64,000 nucleotides of DNA, from assembly GCA_951406725.2 (NCBI GenBank), contig OX597823.1, positions 117,304,001 to 117,368,000 on the forward strand. Direction: 5' to 3'. Under the pieces are notes generated by a model. The model saw only the letters and a program-made list of their open reading frames with translations. It made no database searches and had not been told where the DNA came from. The position numbers and the translations under genes were made by a program. Positions 23,815-36,832 of this stretch are shown here, piece after piece (position 1 is the stretch's first letter; every line of letters begins with the position of its first letter). This DNA comes from Octopus vulgaris. Lineage: Eukaryota.

Positions 23815-24040
23815 GACCAATACATAACCAAAACACCAGGACTTACAAACACATATAACATACATAAAATTGCACTACTAGGCACTGCACACATCCAACG
23901 CAAAACATTTTCAATACAGTAACCATCAGAGAATCACAACAAATCACAGCACATACCCAAGGCACACAGAGCTGCGCCCAGTAGTGAAGTGAAAGCACGA
24001 TATAAAAATAAAACTACTGAATGATAATAATAATAATAAT
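23815..24040 (+). mobile_element. 5'-truncated Dong/R4-clade-like LINE 3' end in a (TAA)n tract
   Basis: 23815-23922 reads DQYITKTPGLTNTYNIHKIALLGTAHIQRKTFSIQ*, like the IQKxxLLGTAHILRK C-terminus of R4/Dong elements; AAT repeats on both sides. Confidence 0.7.
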
Positions 24041-24857
24041 ATTTTAAAAGGATTGATGTAACTCTTCACAAAGGTAAATAGGCAAGACGAAGAATGCAAT
24101 GCAATTGCAATAGATATTTTATTGGTTGAACAATATTTCACCAGCTCGTGTGTGTTTGTCAAGTTCAAAATGAAAAGTGATACATAAAAATTCAAAATGA
24201 TAGAAATTCAAATACAAAATGTGAACGAGAGCAACAAGTGTCCTCATATTGATGGAATGACATCACCACTCATCAAATTTCAAGATTACTACTGGCAAAA
24301 GGAAAAAGAAAGTAAAAAAGAAAAAAGCAAAAATGAAAAAGAATATTTAATCAAACAGTTTTGTGTAAATATGATGAAATTCTCCTGTCATTTTATTCAT
24401 TCCTCTAGGGCATGATGTTAATAACTTACAATCATATTTCTCCTCATGCATTTTGAGTACTGGAAGTGTAGCAGAATATTTTCTGAGAATATGTCACTTT
24501 CAAGTCATTTTCTATGTACACCAAATGGGAATCTCTACACATCTCACCTTCCATGTAAATCATAACATTTATGTTGTGATTCCTGTTGGAATTAACTTGA
24601 CTCATGTTGTTGGGCAATTAACAAGGTTTACCTCTCTTGCAGCTGTTTTCAAGGTACAGCGTGCAGAAACTCTAATGTTAATTTTCTTGGAGTCAGAAGT
24701 AGAGGTTAATAGTTGTCTTATATTTTTATTCCATCTAAAAAGCAACTGAGGAAATATTTGTTTGAAACGAGGATATTTTTCTGTAACATGGTGGTAACTT
24801 TCATATAACACTTTTGAAATGCCAGCAAAGCAACAACAACAATAATGGTGATGATTA

Positions 24858-25050
24858 TCCTTTCCACTATAGGCTGAAATTTTGTGGGAGGAGACTAGTC
24901 AATTATATCGACCCCAGTGCTTGACTGGTACTCATTTTATCAACCACGAGAGGATGAAAGAAAGCAAAGTCAAACTCAGAACATAAAGATGGACGAAATG
25001 GTGCAAGGCATTTTTCCAGGCATGCTGACGATTCTGTCAGCTCACCACCA
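24858..25050 (-). mobile_element. SINE family E
   Basis: Family E core with a small deletion; AAT/GAT flanks. Confidence 0.75.
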
Positions 25051-25095
25051 TGATACAATAATGATGATGATGATGATAATAATAATAATAATAAT

Positions 25096-25460
25096 AACAA
25101 GAGCATTCAGAGAGCACAAACCTCCACCAAGGCAACACCAATGTCCTCTCAACAATTAACCAGATACGATTTTTAAATGAGAATATCTGAAATAAACTTG
25201 ACTGCTCTCACAAACAAGAATACTAAAAATGAATTTGACTGCTCTCAAAAATTAAGTAAAAAACACAGGAAAAATAATCCAGAATCTTTGTCTGGTACCT
25301 GAACAATCCCCAAATCTAATCAGTTTTTGCGAGTCATGAGGTCAAACATCCCTGAAAGTTTCATCTGAATCCATCCAGCTGTTCTTGAGATACCTTGTCC
25401 ATGGACAGACAAACAAACATAACTGAAAACAATACCTCTGCCTTCACTAAGGCAGAGGTA
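25096..25460 (+). mobile_element. Non-autonomous Helentron/DINE-1-like (HINE) element
   Basis: Sub-terminal ACCTCCACCAAGG near one end, GACA/AAAC microsatellite, terminal hairpin TACCTCTGCCTT-cact-AAGGCAGAGGTA (25433-25460); inserted in (AAT)n. Confidence 0.6.
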
Positions 25461-25480
25461 ATAATAATGATAATAATAAT

Positions 25481-25522
<42 letters not shown>

Positions 25523-25918
25523 TGACAAAAAAAGTAGTCATAGTAGGAGTAATTTAGTTTCTACATTTTATATGTGTACGCATTTACTTGTGTGTGCTTC
25601 TGTGTGTATGTATATATGTGTATGTATGTGCGTGTGTATTCACATATACATACATATATGTGTATGTATGTATATATATATCACACACACATGCATACAT
25701 ATAAAAGCACACTGTCACATGTGTTAGTATGTATGCTTATGTATATGTCTCAATACATACATTCATACACGTATATAGATTATGTTTAAAAATTTAGATT
25801 AGTTTAAAAATTTTAAAAATAATAATTTCTATCTTTTATATTTTCTTCTCTATAATTTTATTTGAGAAATAGAATTTTGAAAATATTTTTGTGAAGAAAT
25901 ATTACATTTTCAGAGACA

Positions 25919-25971
<53 letters not shown>

Positions 25972-26200
25972 TCTTATTCCCTTCCTCCTTTTCTCTCTTA
26001 AAAACAAATTTGATAGTTTGCGTTTTGTGTGTATATACACAGTATATATATATATATATGTTGTGTATGTGCATGTGCACGTGTGTGTGTGTGTATGTCT
26101 GTGACTACACAAATATTTTAACACACTTGCCTATATGATTATATATTTATACATACAGTGTGCCAAATATGTGCATGCAAAAACATACACAAATTATATA

Positions 26201-26246
<46 letters not shown>

Positions 26247-26662
26247 GATATATATATACAGAGAGAGAGGGGGAGAAAGATAATACATATCTGCTTGTAT
26301 GTATGTATATGAATAGACTAACACACGCACGTTAAAATACAGTACAGTATATAATCCCAAATTAGATATTTCTGGCAGAAATTAATTTTCAGTAAAGATG
26401 TGAAATTAAATATAAAATGTTCTCCTATACAAAATTACTCCTTTATTATATTTATTTATATTATTTAGCCACTGCTCCCTCTTCCGTTATCTATGTATTT
26501 ATCATCATCCATATATATATATATATAAACATGTATATACATGTGTGTTTCAGTTTAATGTTTTTCTACTTTTGTTGTATTTGGATTTTAATGGAGATGT
26601 GATATTAAACAATAAGGAAAAAATGAGTACATATCCTTATATATACAAGTTCATACACACAC

Positions 26663-26875
<213 letters not shown>

Positions 26876-28047
26876 AATGTGTGTGTTTATGTATGTGTGT
26901 GTGTGTGTATGTATGTATGAATGAAAAGTCATGATGCACACATATACACACCTTCAGTATTACCTGTCATGTGACAGTAATGATGGGAACACACTTTTGA
27001 CAATGTGCGTAATATCAGGTAATATTACACAGATACAGTAATTATAGTTTTACATTTTTAAAATTCCATGAATATTAATGAAATGAATATTCATTTTCAA
27101 AATAAAAATATTTATTAAATTAAAATAAAATTAAATGAAATACTTTTGGGGTTTTTTCGGTGGGGGAGATATTTGCAATAAATATATGTTATCAATAGCA
27201 ACAGTTCTGTTTAACTATTAATTAATTATACATCCAACATTGAATAATTCCTTAGGAGGTACTGTGACCAAGTAACCAGCAACGAGTGTTACTAGTATTG
27301 ATAAGTATATATAAATGTGTCTGTGTGGGGATATGCATGCATGTGTGTGTGTATGTGTCTGCATGTACGTGTGTGTGTGCATATCAAGGTGAGTTACAAA
27401 TGCTTAATGTATACGTGTGAATGTAAAAAAGTAGCTGTTAAAATGATAATAATGATGGTGGTATTGATACTGATATTCCTACATATATGTATATGAACCT
27501 CTATATACACTCACTTTTTTTAATCCCCACAACATGCACACAGACATAAACAAGTAGCCATGTACCATGTCAAGGCCACCAACGAAGGAAGGTCTTTAAA
27601 TGCCATGAAAACCATCCCTTCTGTAAAGTGGTTGGTGTATGCCACAACAGACAATTTAGGGGCTGGCCAGCTCCTGTCAAACCATCTAACCCATGCCAGC
27701 ATCGAAACGGACGTTAAACGACTGTGATGATGATTCAAGGGAAAGAAACTTGTTGAATATTTCTGGTTAGTTTTGTTTCCGTAATGACTTCGTGGTTGTT
27801 AATTAGATTCTGGGAAGTAGTTTCCAGATTTTGCACCTTACAATTTGATAGGAGAGCAAATCTAGTCCTCCATCGCTCTCACTCTCCCTCCTTCTCTCTC
27901 ATCATCATCATCATCATTATTATTATCTTCATCAGTCTGTGAATGTTCCATCGAACCTAAGATGTATTTTTAGTATCTTTTTTAAAGATGAGAATATCTA
28001 CATTGAATCTATCTCAGAGTCATGAAGTGAATAAACACACTTATAGG

Positions 28048-28048
<1 letters not shown>

Positions 28049-28140
<92 letters not shown>

Positions 28141-28236
28141 CATATGTATGTATATATATATATATGTATGTATATATATATATATGTATGTATATATATA
28201 TATATATATATGTATGTATATATATACATATGTATA

Positions 28237-28272
<36 letters not shown>

Positions 28273-28583
28273 CACATATGTATATATATATATATATTTA
28301 AATGTCTTACCCGCTTATGTTCTGCTGCTCACTGAATTCTCTCTGGAAAACATTGTTTCTTTGTAATTAGATCGTTTTAGGTGTTTTCACTCAATAAACA
28401 ATCCCAACGCCCGGTCTGGGAATTGAAACTGCAATCCTATGACCGCGAGTCTGCTGCCCTAACCACTGGGCCATTGCACCTCCATATATATACATATATA
28501 TATATATATATACATACATATATACATATATATATACATACATACATATATACATATATATACATACATATATACATATATAT

Positions 28584-28616
<33 letters not shown>

Positions 28617-28711
28617 TACATACATACATATATATATATACATACATACATACATATATACATATATATATATATACATACATATATATGTATATATATA
28701 CATATATATAT

Positions 28712-28754
<43 letters not shown>

Positions 28755-28887
28755 CATACATACATATATACCTATATATATATATACATACATATATATG
28801 TATATATATACATATATATATATACATACATATATATGTATATATATACATATATATATATATACATACATATATATATATATATAT

Positions 28888-28968
<81 letters not shown>

Positions 28969-28969
28969 T

Positions 28970-29018
<49 letters not shown>

Positions 29019-29038
29019 TACATACATACATACATACA

Positions 29039-29070
<32 letters not shown>
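28049..29070. repeat. Large (TA)n/(TACA)n/(CA)n microsatellite field
   Basis: Visible directly; interrupted by a short unique piece and a SINE head. Confidence 0.9.
28376..28483 (-). mobile_element. SINE family B, head only
   Basis: Reverse complement of 673-780; anticodon-like loop carries TCG (tRNA-Arg-like). Confidence 0.8.
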
Positions 29071-29544
29071 GTAAAGGAGTAGCTTTCTTGTAAGAAGCTT
29101 GCTTCTCAACTACATGGTTCCAGGTTCAGTATCTTGATATAAAGTGCACTACCTGTAGATAAATAGATGAGCTTCTGCTGAGCTATGTCTGTAATTCAGT
29201 TTTGATTCAGGTTAAGAATCACTTCCTTTTCCTAACATGCTCTCTAGTTTAGGCATGAATACCATCACATCCAATTCCCTCTTGTAAAGATGTAAAAAGT
29301 ACCTTCATACTTATTTCAAGTAGTGATGATGGTAAAAGTGACAAGAATAAGGTAAGTTTCTATGAAACTAACACCATAAATATGATCTTACCTCTATTCA
29401 CAGTTCTTATGTTAATAATTCAGTGTACGTCACATTATCTCAACTCACTTTCAACAAAATATAAAACCTTAAGCACAAAAATTCTCATGTTTGAAGAAAC
29501 AAAAAGCAGATAAAATTAGTAATAATATTTTGATAGTGCTAGAA

Positions 29545-29765
29545 AAGGTGGCAAGCCAGCAGAATCGTTACCATTCTAGACAAAATGCTGAGAAACATTT
29601 CTTCCAGCTCTTTATTTTCCAAGTTCAAATACCACTGAGTCTGACTTTGCTTTTCATAACTTTTGGGGGTTAACGAAATAGCACTGGTTGAGCACTAGGA
29701 TCAATATGATCTACTAACACCCTCACCCCAAATTTCAGGCTTTGTGCCTATGATAGACAGAATTA
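29545..29765 (+). mobile_element. SINE family E, diverged
   Basis: GCCAGCAGAATCGTTA...AGTTCAAATACC...AAATTTCAGGCTTTGTGCCTA. Confidence 0.7.
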
Positions 29766-31369
29766 ATAGTGATACATATCCAGTTTAGCATTATAATGGG
29801 TCCAGTGATTAACAGAAAGAACCACTTTTGGTTTTAATTTGCTTTTTGTTTTACGGTTGGAGATGGGTTAGCAAGTATTTTGTAGAAAGAATTAATTTTG
29901 AAATCAAATTTAAAACTTTTAGGGAGATCAATGTAATAAAATGAATTTTAAATAAAGTTAGTGGAAAAGGAACTAACATGTCTCTTGGTTATTAGATACT
30001 AATCAATGTAAACGGTTCCCTGTGTTATTTTGAAGTAATTTTGTTTGATACGGTCAGATATTGATAATGTTTTCTTGACTCTTAAATCTCCTAAATTACT
30101 CTATACTAAAGAGAATTGAAGAGAAAATGTAATACACATAACTGAGAGATTGACAAAAGAAAAATATAAGGAAACAACAACAAAAAACTATTACAAGTTA
30201 AATTTTAGAAGTAGATAAATCTAACATGATAATATTAAAGAAACATAATAAAAAGAAAACACCCTGAAAATTGAATGAATTCTAACAAAAATTAGTTTCT
30301 CTTCTCTTTTTGTCCAAATTGTTTATATCTAAACTACATTGAAGCAGTATTTTTTAAATTTATTGTTATATTTATGACAGTTTAGGTTTTATTGAAGAAA
30401 ACCAATATGGTGGATATAAAATCCCATAGTCAATATGATGTAGTAGAAAATAAAATAAAAGGAAATAAACAAAACCTATTACTGACAATGCTATCCTAAA
30501 ACTATTGTTCCATCAGTTTTATTTTTCAATACTACCCCACCCCTAAAATGTCTTTGGTTATTTTCAATGGAAACCTTTTGACAAGTTGTTTCAATCATAG
30601 AAAATTGTGTAAGAGCTCTTGGGAGAAGCAGATATTTTGAATCGATGCGACACAGACTAGTGTTTTAAATATTCTCAGAATATTCTCTATTGCTAAATGT
30701 TAAAAGGACTTTTCTATACAAAATATTGTTGAAAAGAAAGAGTGAGAATTTGAAGGAAAATTGAGATACATTTCATTTTATTTTAAAAAAGAAATAAATT
30801 ACTTCAAAAATGTATTCAGCTTCTTTTTATTCCCCCCCCCCCCCTGTGCTGGTTTTTCTATTTTGTAATAGTTGTTGTTAAAATATAATATTGGTTAGTA
30901 AATTGACTCAAAAAAATGTATCACTTTCTCATAGTATTTTCTCTCTACATGAAAGATAATTTCAAAATAATAACATTTACTATTTCTTAAGGCTATGGCA
31001 ATTTTCTTATGTAAACAAAATTGAAACAGAAATTTATTCTGTATATTCCATGGACGATAACTGTATGATGGTATATTAAACTTAGACTATTGGTTGGGCA
31101 GTTCTGCAAATTTAAGAATTTGCATTAGATTCATGAAAAAAACATAATGTAGTTTCATTTTCTTTGTCAAAACCAATCAAAATGTGAATGATATATTGTT
31201 TCATTCAACCAAAATAAGATAAGAGAAATACATTTCCTCACCTTAAAGAATGCATATAGTTTAATCTGTTCAGTAGGTTAGTGCTAAAGCTTGTTTTTTC
31301 CTGTAGCATATGTTATGTAAGGCAGTCTGGTAAGAACTTCAAGTTTTGCATCACATCTGTCAACTTTAA

Positions 31370-31589
31370 CCTTTTCGTTACCGTATTTATTTTGAGATGC
31401 TCTGTGTTTCTTTCAATTATTTTAAATATAACAAAGAATCTAGTAAAATAACTTAGTTATCATTAATCTAGTGTTGGGATCATAAATTGGGGCTAAGGTT
31501 TAGTGGAAGATTTTAATTCAAAACTTATGAAATTAAGACACTTGTGCTACAGAGCCACAGCCGGTATCAGCCGGGTTATAACGAAAGGG
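31370..31589. mobile_element. piggyBac-like MITE with TTAA flanks
   Basis: TTAA-CCTTTTCGTTA...TAACGAAAGGG-TTAA; second copy at 36612-36832. Confidence 0.8.
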
Positions 31590-31851
31590 TTAATGATTAT
31601 AAGAGGAGCTCGACAAGTCATTGAGGGTGAAATAGCTGTTCTAAGCACATTACATACACTGTTCAATGATAACAACAACAAAAATAATGATTTCATTTAT
31701 TTGCCACAAGGATGAGGAGGACATTGACTCATTGAGTGTAAAACTAACATTGAAAAGATTCATGAAGATGTGTTGTCATATTGTGGGGATTTTTTCCCTA
31801 TTTTATTAAATTAATCCTGTCATATGCCATATCATGAAAAATGTTCTGGAG

Positions 31852-32410
31852 CCCTTTTAATACCAACATGCCAGAGACCACCTCGGGTTCGATGATACAA
31901 ACTTCCTCTTTCAAAATTTCATGTTAATTTATGTTCCAAACACCACCATAATAAGGACAAATTTGTTTTACTATTAATTCCTCATTGTTTCTTCAGACGG
32001 AGTTGAAACCAAAGCAGTATATTTCATCAGAAACCATCATCATCATCGTTTAATGTCCCTTTTTTGTGCTAGCACAGGTTGGATGGTTTACCGGGGTCTG
32101 GGAAGCCAGGAGGCTGCACCTCTAATCTGGCAATATTTCTACAGCTGGATGCACTTCCTAACGCCAACCAATCAGTGAGTGTAGTGGGTGCTTTTTACAT
32201 GCCACCAGCACAGGTGCCAGGGGAGTCTAGCAGCAGCCACAATCAGTTGGTGCTTTTTATGTGCCACCGGCACAGAAGCCAGTCAAGGCGGCACTGGCAT
32301 CGGCCACGTTTGGATGGCACGTTTTACGTGCCACCGGCACAAGTATCACAACTACAATTTCCATTTGATATTTATTTTGATGTTGATAAATATGGTAACA
32401 AAAGGATTAA
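31852..32410. mobile_element. Diverged MITE of the same group, in opposite orientation, interrupted by a SINE C
   Basis: CCCTTTTAATACC...GGTAACAAAAGGATTAA; interior resembles the reverse complement of 31370-31589. Confidence 0.5.
32035..32385 (-). mobile_element. SINE family C
   Basis: CATCATCGTTTAATGTCC...CTACAGCTGGATGC...; collinear with 8602-9245. Confidence 0.85.
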
Positions 32411-33061
32411 ATTTACTTGTTCTACATTTCTACTTATAAAGTCTGTGAATTTCATGCATGCCTTTCTTTCACTTAAGTTAGGCCTTGTTCAGTGAAAAAG
32501 AGGTGGGGACAAATTACAAAGAAATCCTTGAAAGGTTGAGGTGCCAACCAAACATGTCACTGTTGAGAAATGGAAAACAAAATTTCCAAAATGTCATTCT
32601 CTTTCTCTGAAAAAAATTAAAATTCTATTTTAATCAACATTGTTGTTTTTAGTTGCTATGGTGCCATCTCTTACAACATCATCCATTTCTTTGTTATAAT
32701 TACATTATTGTTACTGTTGCATTAGTGGCTCCCAATCTTCTTAAAAAGAAAGATAACATATTTTCAGGTATATAGGATGCACTCTTGCATAAGACAAACA
32801 AGCACAAAAGTATATTTTGTGGGGGAAAAAAAAAGAAACAAATTTAATATATTTCATCTTACACACAGTATCCCATCCATAATATGGTCACATTAGATTC
32901 ATGGCAATTTTTTGTTACATTTAAGGATAGAACAAAATGTGCACCTTATACACCAACACATATCATAATAAATAATATCAATAATATATTCAGTGATGAA
33001 AATTTCTGATCACCTTGATGCTTCAACCAGATAGGGTAAAAGGTGAAAACCTCCTTCAGTC

Positions 33062-33362
33062 TTTACCCTTTACCCTAGCCTCTGAGGCACAAGTTTGGAC
33101 AAGGTTGTTTGTGGAGGACCAGCAGTCGCCCATGCATACCGGCCTCCACTCTCCGTGCTACTAATGTTATCCAAGAGAAAGGCAAAGTCTGATACAGCTT
33201 GGCACCAGTGACGTTGCAACTCATTTCTACAGCTGAGGGAACTGGAGCAAAGTGAAATAAAGTGTCTTGCTCAAGAACACAACACACAGCCCAGTCCAGG
33301 AATTGAACTCACTACTTCATGATTGTGAGCACAACACTCTAACCACTGAGCCATGTGCCTTC
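33062..33362 (-). mobile_element. SINE family D, full-length
   Basis: Head GGCACATGGCTCAGTGGTTAG...GAGTTCAATTCC; tail of AGGGTAA repeats. Confidence 0.85.
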
Positions 33363-33644
33363 ACATCCAGATAGGAAATTATAGAATTTAGAAAAGAAAT
33401 TGATGGTGAAGAGAGAACTGCTGCCTACCAGTGAATTTGCTGAAAGGTGGGTAAAAGTGATGAGAATGGCCCATATGAATGTGCCCATAGACTGAGAACA
33501 TTGCTATGAGATGGGGCTGGCCCTTTCTAGTCAGAATTAAATTAATCCCCTTGTTGATATGTCTCAACTATTTCCACACCTTTGTTTCCCATACCTCTTT
33601 CTTTTTATAATTAACTCTATGGGTCCCTTACTCCCCACCACCAC

Positions 33645-33992
33645 CATCATCATCATCATCATCGTTTAACGTCCGTTTTCCATGCTAGCATGGGTTGGAC
33701 GGTTCAACCGGGGTCTGGTAAGCCGGAAGGCTGCACCAGGCTCCAGTCTGATCTGGCAGTGTTTCTACAGCTGGATGACCTTCCTAACGCCAACCACTCC
33801 ATGAGTGTAGTGGGTGCTTTTTATGTGCCACTGGCACAGGTGCCAGGCGAAGCTGGCAACAGCCACAATCGGTTGGTGCTTTTTATGTGCCACCAGCACA
33901 GAAGCCAGTCAAGGTGGTGCTGGCATTGGCCACATTCGAATGGTGCTTTTTGCGTGCTACCGGGACAGTTACCACAACTACAATTTCCATTT
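33645..33992 (-). mobile_element. SINE family C
   Basis: Collinear with the 8602 and 32035 copies. Confidence 0.85.
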
Positions 33993-34529
33993 GATAATCC
34001 TCATAATCTCCCCTCACCTATCATCCCTGTTGCAAATATATGTATATGAAACAAACATTATTATAAATATTTGCATGGCAAACATCAAAGTTGTAATCAA
34101 TGAGAAGTTGTAATCAATAAAATCTCAGCTGATGAAGTGGTGTTTATGAGATATGAAGACTAGGGGAAAATAGAAATATTGTACAAATACAAAGTAGTCA
34201 GAGCAAATGTTGGGTATGTAAGAGATGTAGTAGAACTTCTTGCAGATAGTAAATGAGTATGTCATGTGTACAAGAAGTTAATTAGAAGACTGTCCATGAA
34301 ATCAAGTACGTAAACTAATTAGACAACTCCTGTATGACTAAGGATTTGTCTGTCGCTGAGACAGATTTTCTAAAGCTGATTAACATAACAAGGCATTGCA
34401 GTTGAATGTCAGAGACCTGTAAGGCTGGGGAGAAACGAGATGAACCTGATGTGGCAGGTAGATAATGTTAGCTCACCTGAGATATGTTTCTCAAGCAGGC
34501 TGGACATTAAAGTTGTCAAATGTATACAA

Positions 34530-34945
34530 GTAGGAGTGGCTGTGTGGTAAGTAGCTTGTTTACCAACCACATGGTTCCAGGTTCAGTCCCACTTTGGGCA
34601 AGTGTCTTCTACTATAGCCTCGTGTCGACCAAAGCCTTGTGAATGGATTTGGTAGACTGAAACTGAAAGAAGCCCGTCATATATATGTGTATAGATATAT
34701 ATATGTATGTATGTGTGTGTGTGTATATGTTTGTGTCTGTGTTTGTGTTTGTCCCCCCCAACATTGCTTGACAACCGATGCTGGTGTGTTTACGTCCCTG
34801 TAACTTAGCAGTTTGGCAAAAGAGACCGATAGAACAAGTACTAGGCTTACAAAGAATAAGTCCTGGGGTCGATTTGCTCGACTAAAGGCAGTGCTCCAGC
34901 ATGGCCACAGTTAAATGACTGAAACAAGTAAAAGAGTAAAGAGTA
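34530..34945 (+). mobile_element. SINE family A, full-length
   Basis: Matches 11168-11612 with a small deletion in the head. Confidence 0.9.
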
Positions 34946-35492
34946 AGTAAGATAACTGACAGTGGAGGAGGAGGGTAACCATGGTCGAAGAAGAAATGTC
35001 CTGAGCAGGAAGTAAGAGAACAAGTCTCAGAAATAAGCCAAGTCACAATATGGCCATATATGGCAATACAACCGAAAAGCCATTGAAGCTGGCCCAGGCT
35101 AAAATAAAATTGACATTTAAATATTGATAATCAAGATAATACAACAGTTGTTGACTTTTTTGGCTGTGACTCAAGCAATTTAGTATTTATGCAATTATAA
35201 ATTTTCAGGCAATTAACTCCATCTTCAAATATGAAAGATTTTTCCTTTTTTTTTTTTGTTATTTACATTTACACCACGTTTAGTTCATAATTGCGTGAAC
35301 AATTACCACTTTATTAGCAACAACAGTTAGATATTTCATTTGATGTTCAGTTGAAATAAATTGAAAATAGGTATCACTCATACTCACACTCCATAGTTTA
35401 AGTGCTTAAAACTGAGTCGAAGCTCAAAGTGATAAGAGCTACAACAGTAGACTGCAGTTCTAGATGTCTTGCTAATTTGTTGTGCCTTCAAG

Positions 35493-35670
35493 AAGGCAGT
35501 GAGATGGCAGAATCGTTAGCACACTGGGCAAAAGGCTTAGTGGCATTTCATCTGGCTTTACGTCCTGAGTTCCAATTCCACTGGGGTCGATTTGGCCTTT
35601 CATCTATTTAGGGTCAGTAAAATAAATACTGGCTGAGTACTGGGGTCAATGTTATCAACTTACCCCTTCC
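35493..35670 (+). mobile_element. SINE family E, diverged
   Basis: GGCAGTGAGATGGCAGAATCGTTAGCAC...GAGTACTGGGGTCAAT. Confidence 0.7.
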
Positions 35671-36042
35671 TTCGAACACACTGACCTTAAAACTAATTTG
35701 TTCCATCTTCCTCTCCAGCATTTACCCTTAAATAGCAGTAAAAGGTCGCCTGAACATGTGTGCAAATGGGCAAAAAACAAAAGATATCTTTTTTTCTTAA
35801 GGCTAATTTTTAATTTATTTTTACATTAAATAAGTACAAAAACCAAGTGCTGTAAAATATTCATTTTATTTGCATATCTGACATGAGCAGAAATTCATTT
35901 GAGACTCCTGCACTATTGTTGTCAAACTAATGTACAAATGGAGAAAAATTAGTGCATCTTTTCCCTCCAAAGATACTTGAAGCATCACTTTCTTCTGCTT
36001 TATCCAGAGCATCCTCATCATCATGCAACTCTGATGATGATC

Positions 36043-36400
36043 ATCATTATCATCATCGTTTAACATCCACTTTCCATGCTAGCATGGGTTGGACGATTTG
36101 ACTGAGGACTGGCAAACCAGATGGCTGCACCAGGCTTCAATCTTGATCTGGCAGAATTTCTACAGCTGGATGCCTTTCCTAACGCCAACTACTCCGAGAG
36201 TGTAGTGGGTGCTTTTATGTGCCACCGGCACGGGGCCAGTCAGGCGGTACTGGCAAGGGCCACGCTCAAATCTTTTACACATGCCACCGGCACAGGTGCC
36301 AGTAAGGCGATGCTGGTAACGATTATGCTCAAATGGTGTCTTTTATGTGCCACTGGCATGGAGGCCAGATAGCCGCTCTGGCAACGATCATGCTCGAATG
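36043..36400 (-). mobile_element. SINE family C with internal ~55-60-bp repeats
   Basis: Same tail and core as the 8602 copy; three TGCCAC.GGCA units. Confidence 0.85.
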
Positions 36401-36611
36401 GAGGAAAGTCAGTAAACCATCTTCCTCAGCACTGTATAAATCTTCCATTTGCAGCTTGATTTCTTTCATCAATAAGGTACTTAGGCACATTTGACAAAGT
36501 AGATCCTCAGGTACCAATTGAGGATAGCAGTATCCATGGGAAATTTTTGAAATATCAATGGATTATGTCTATTCTCTAATAAAACATCAGTTAATGATGC
36601 CCATTATTTAA

Positions 36612-36832
36612 CCCATTTGTTACCGTATTTATTTTGAGATTCTCTGAGTTTCTTTCAATTAATATGAAATATAAGAAAGAATTTAGTAAAATAACTTGGT
36701 TATCATTCAGTTAGTGTTAGGGACATAAATTGTGACTAAGGTTTGGTGGAAGATTTTAATTCAAAACTTATGAAAACAAGACATTTGTACTCAGAACCAG
36801 AAGCGGTTTCAGCCAGGTTGGTAATGAAAGGG
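36612..36832. mobile_element. piggyBac-like MITE with TTAA flanks
   Basis: TTAA-CCCATTTGTTACC...GGTAATGAAAGGG-TTAA; collinear with 31370-31589. Confidence 0.8.

Noticed and set aside
33062-33077. Telomere-like (TTTACCC) repeats
   Set aside because: Only two units, forming the tail of a family D SINE.
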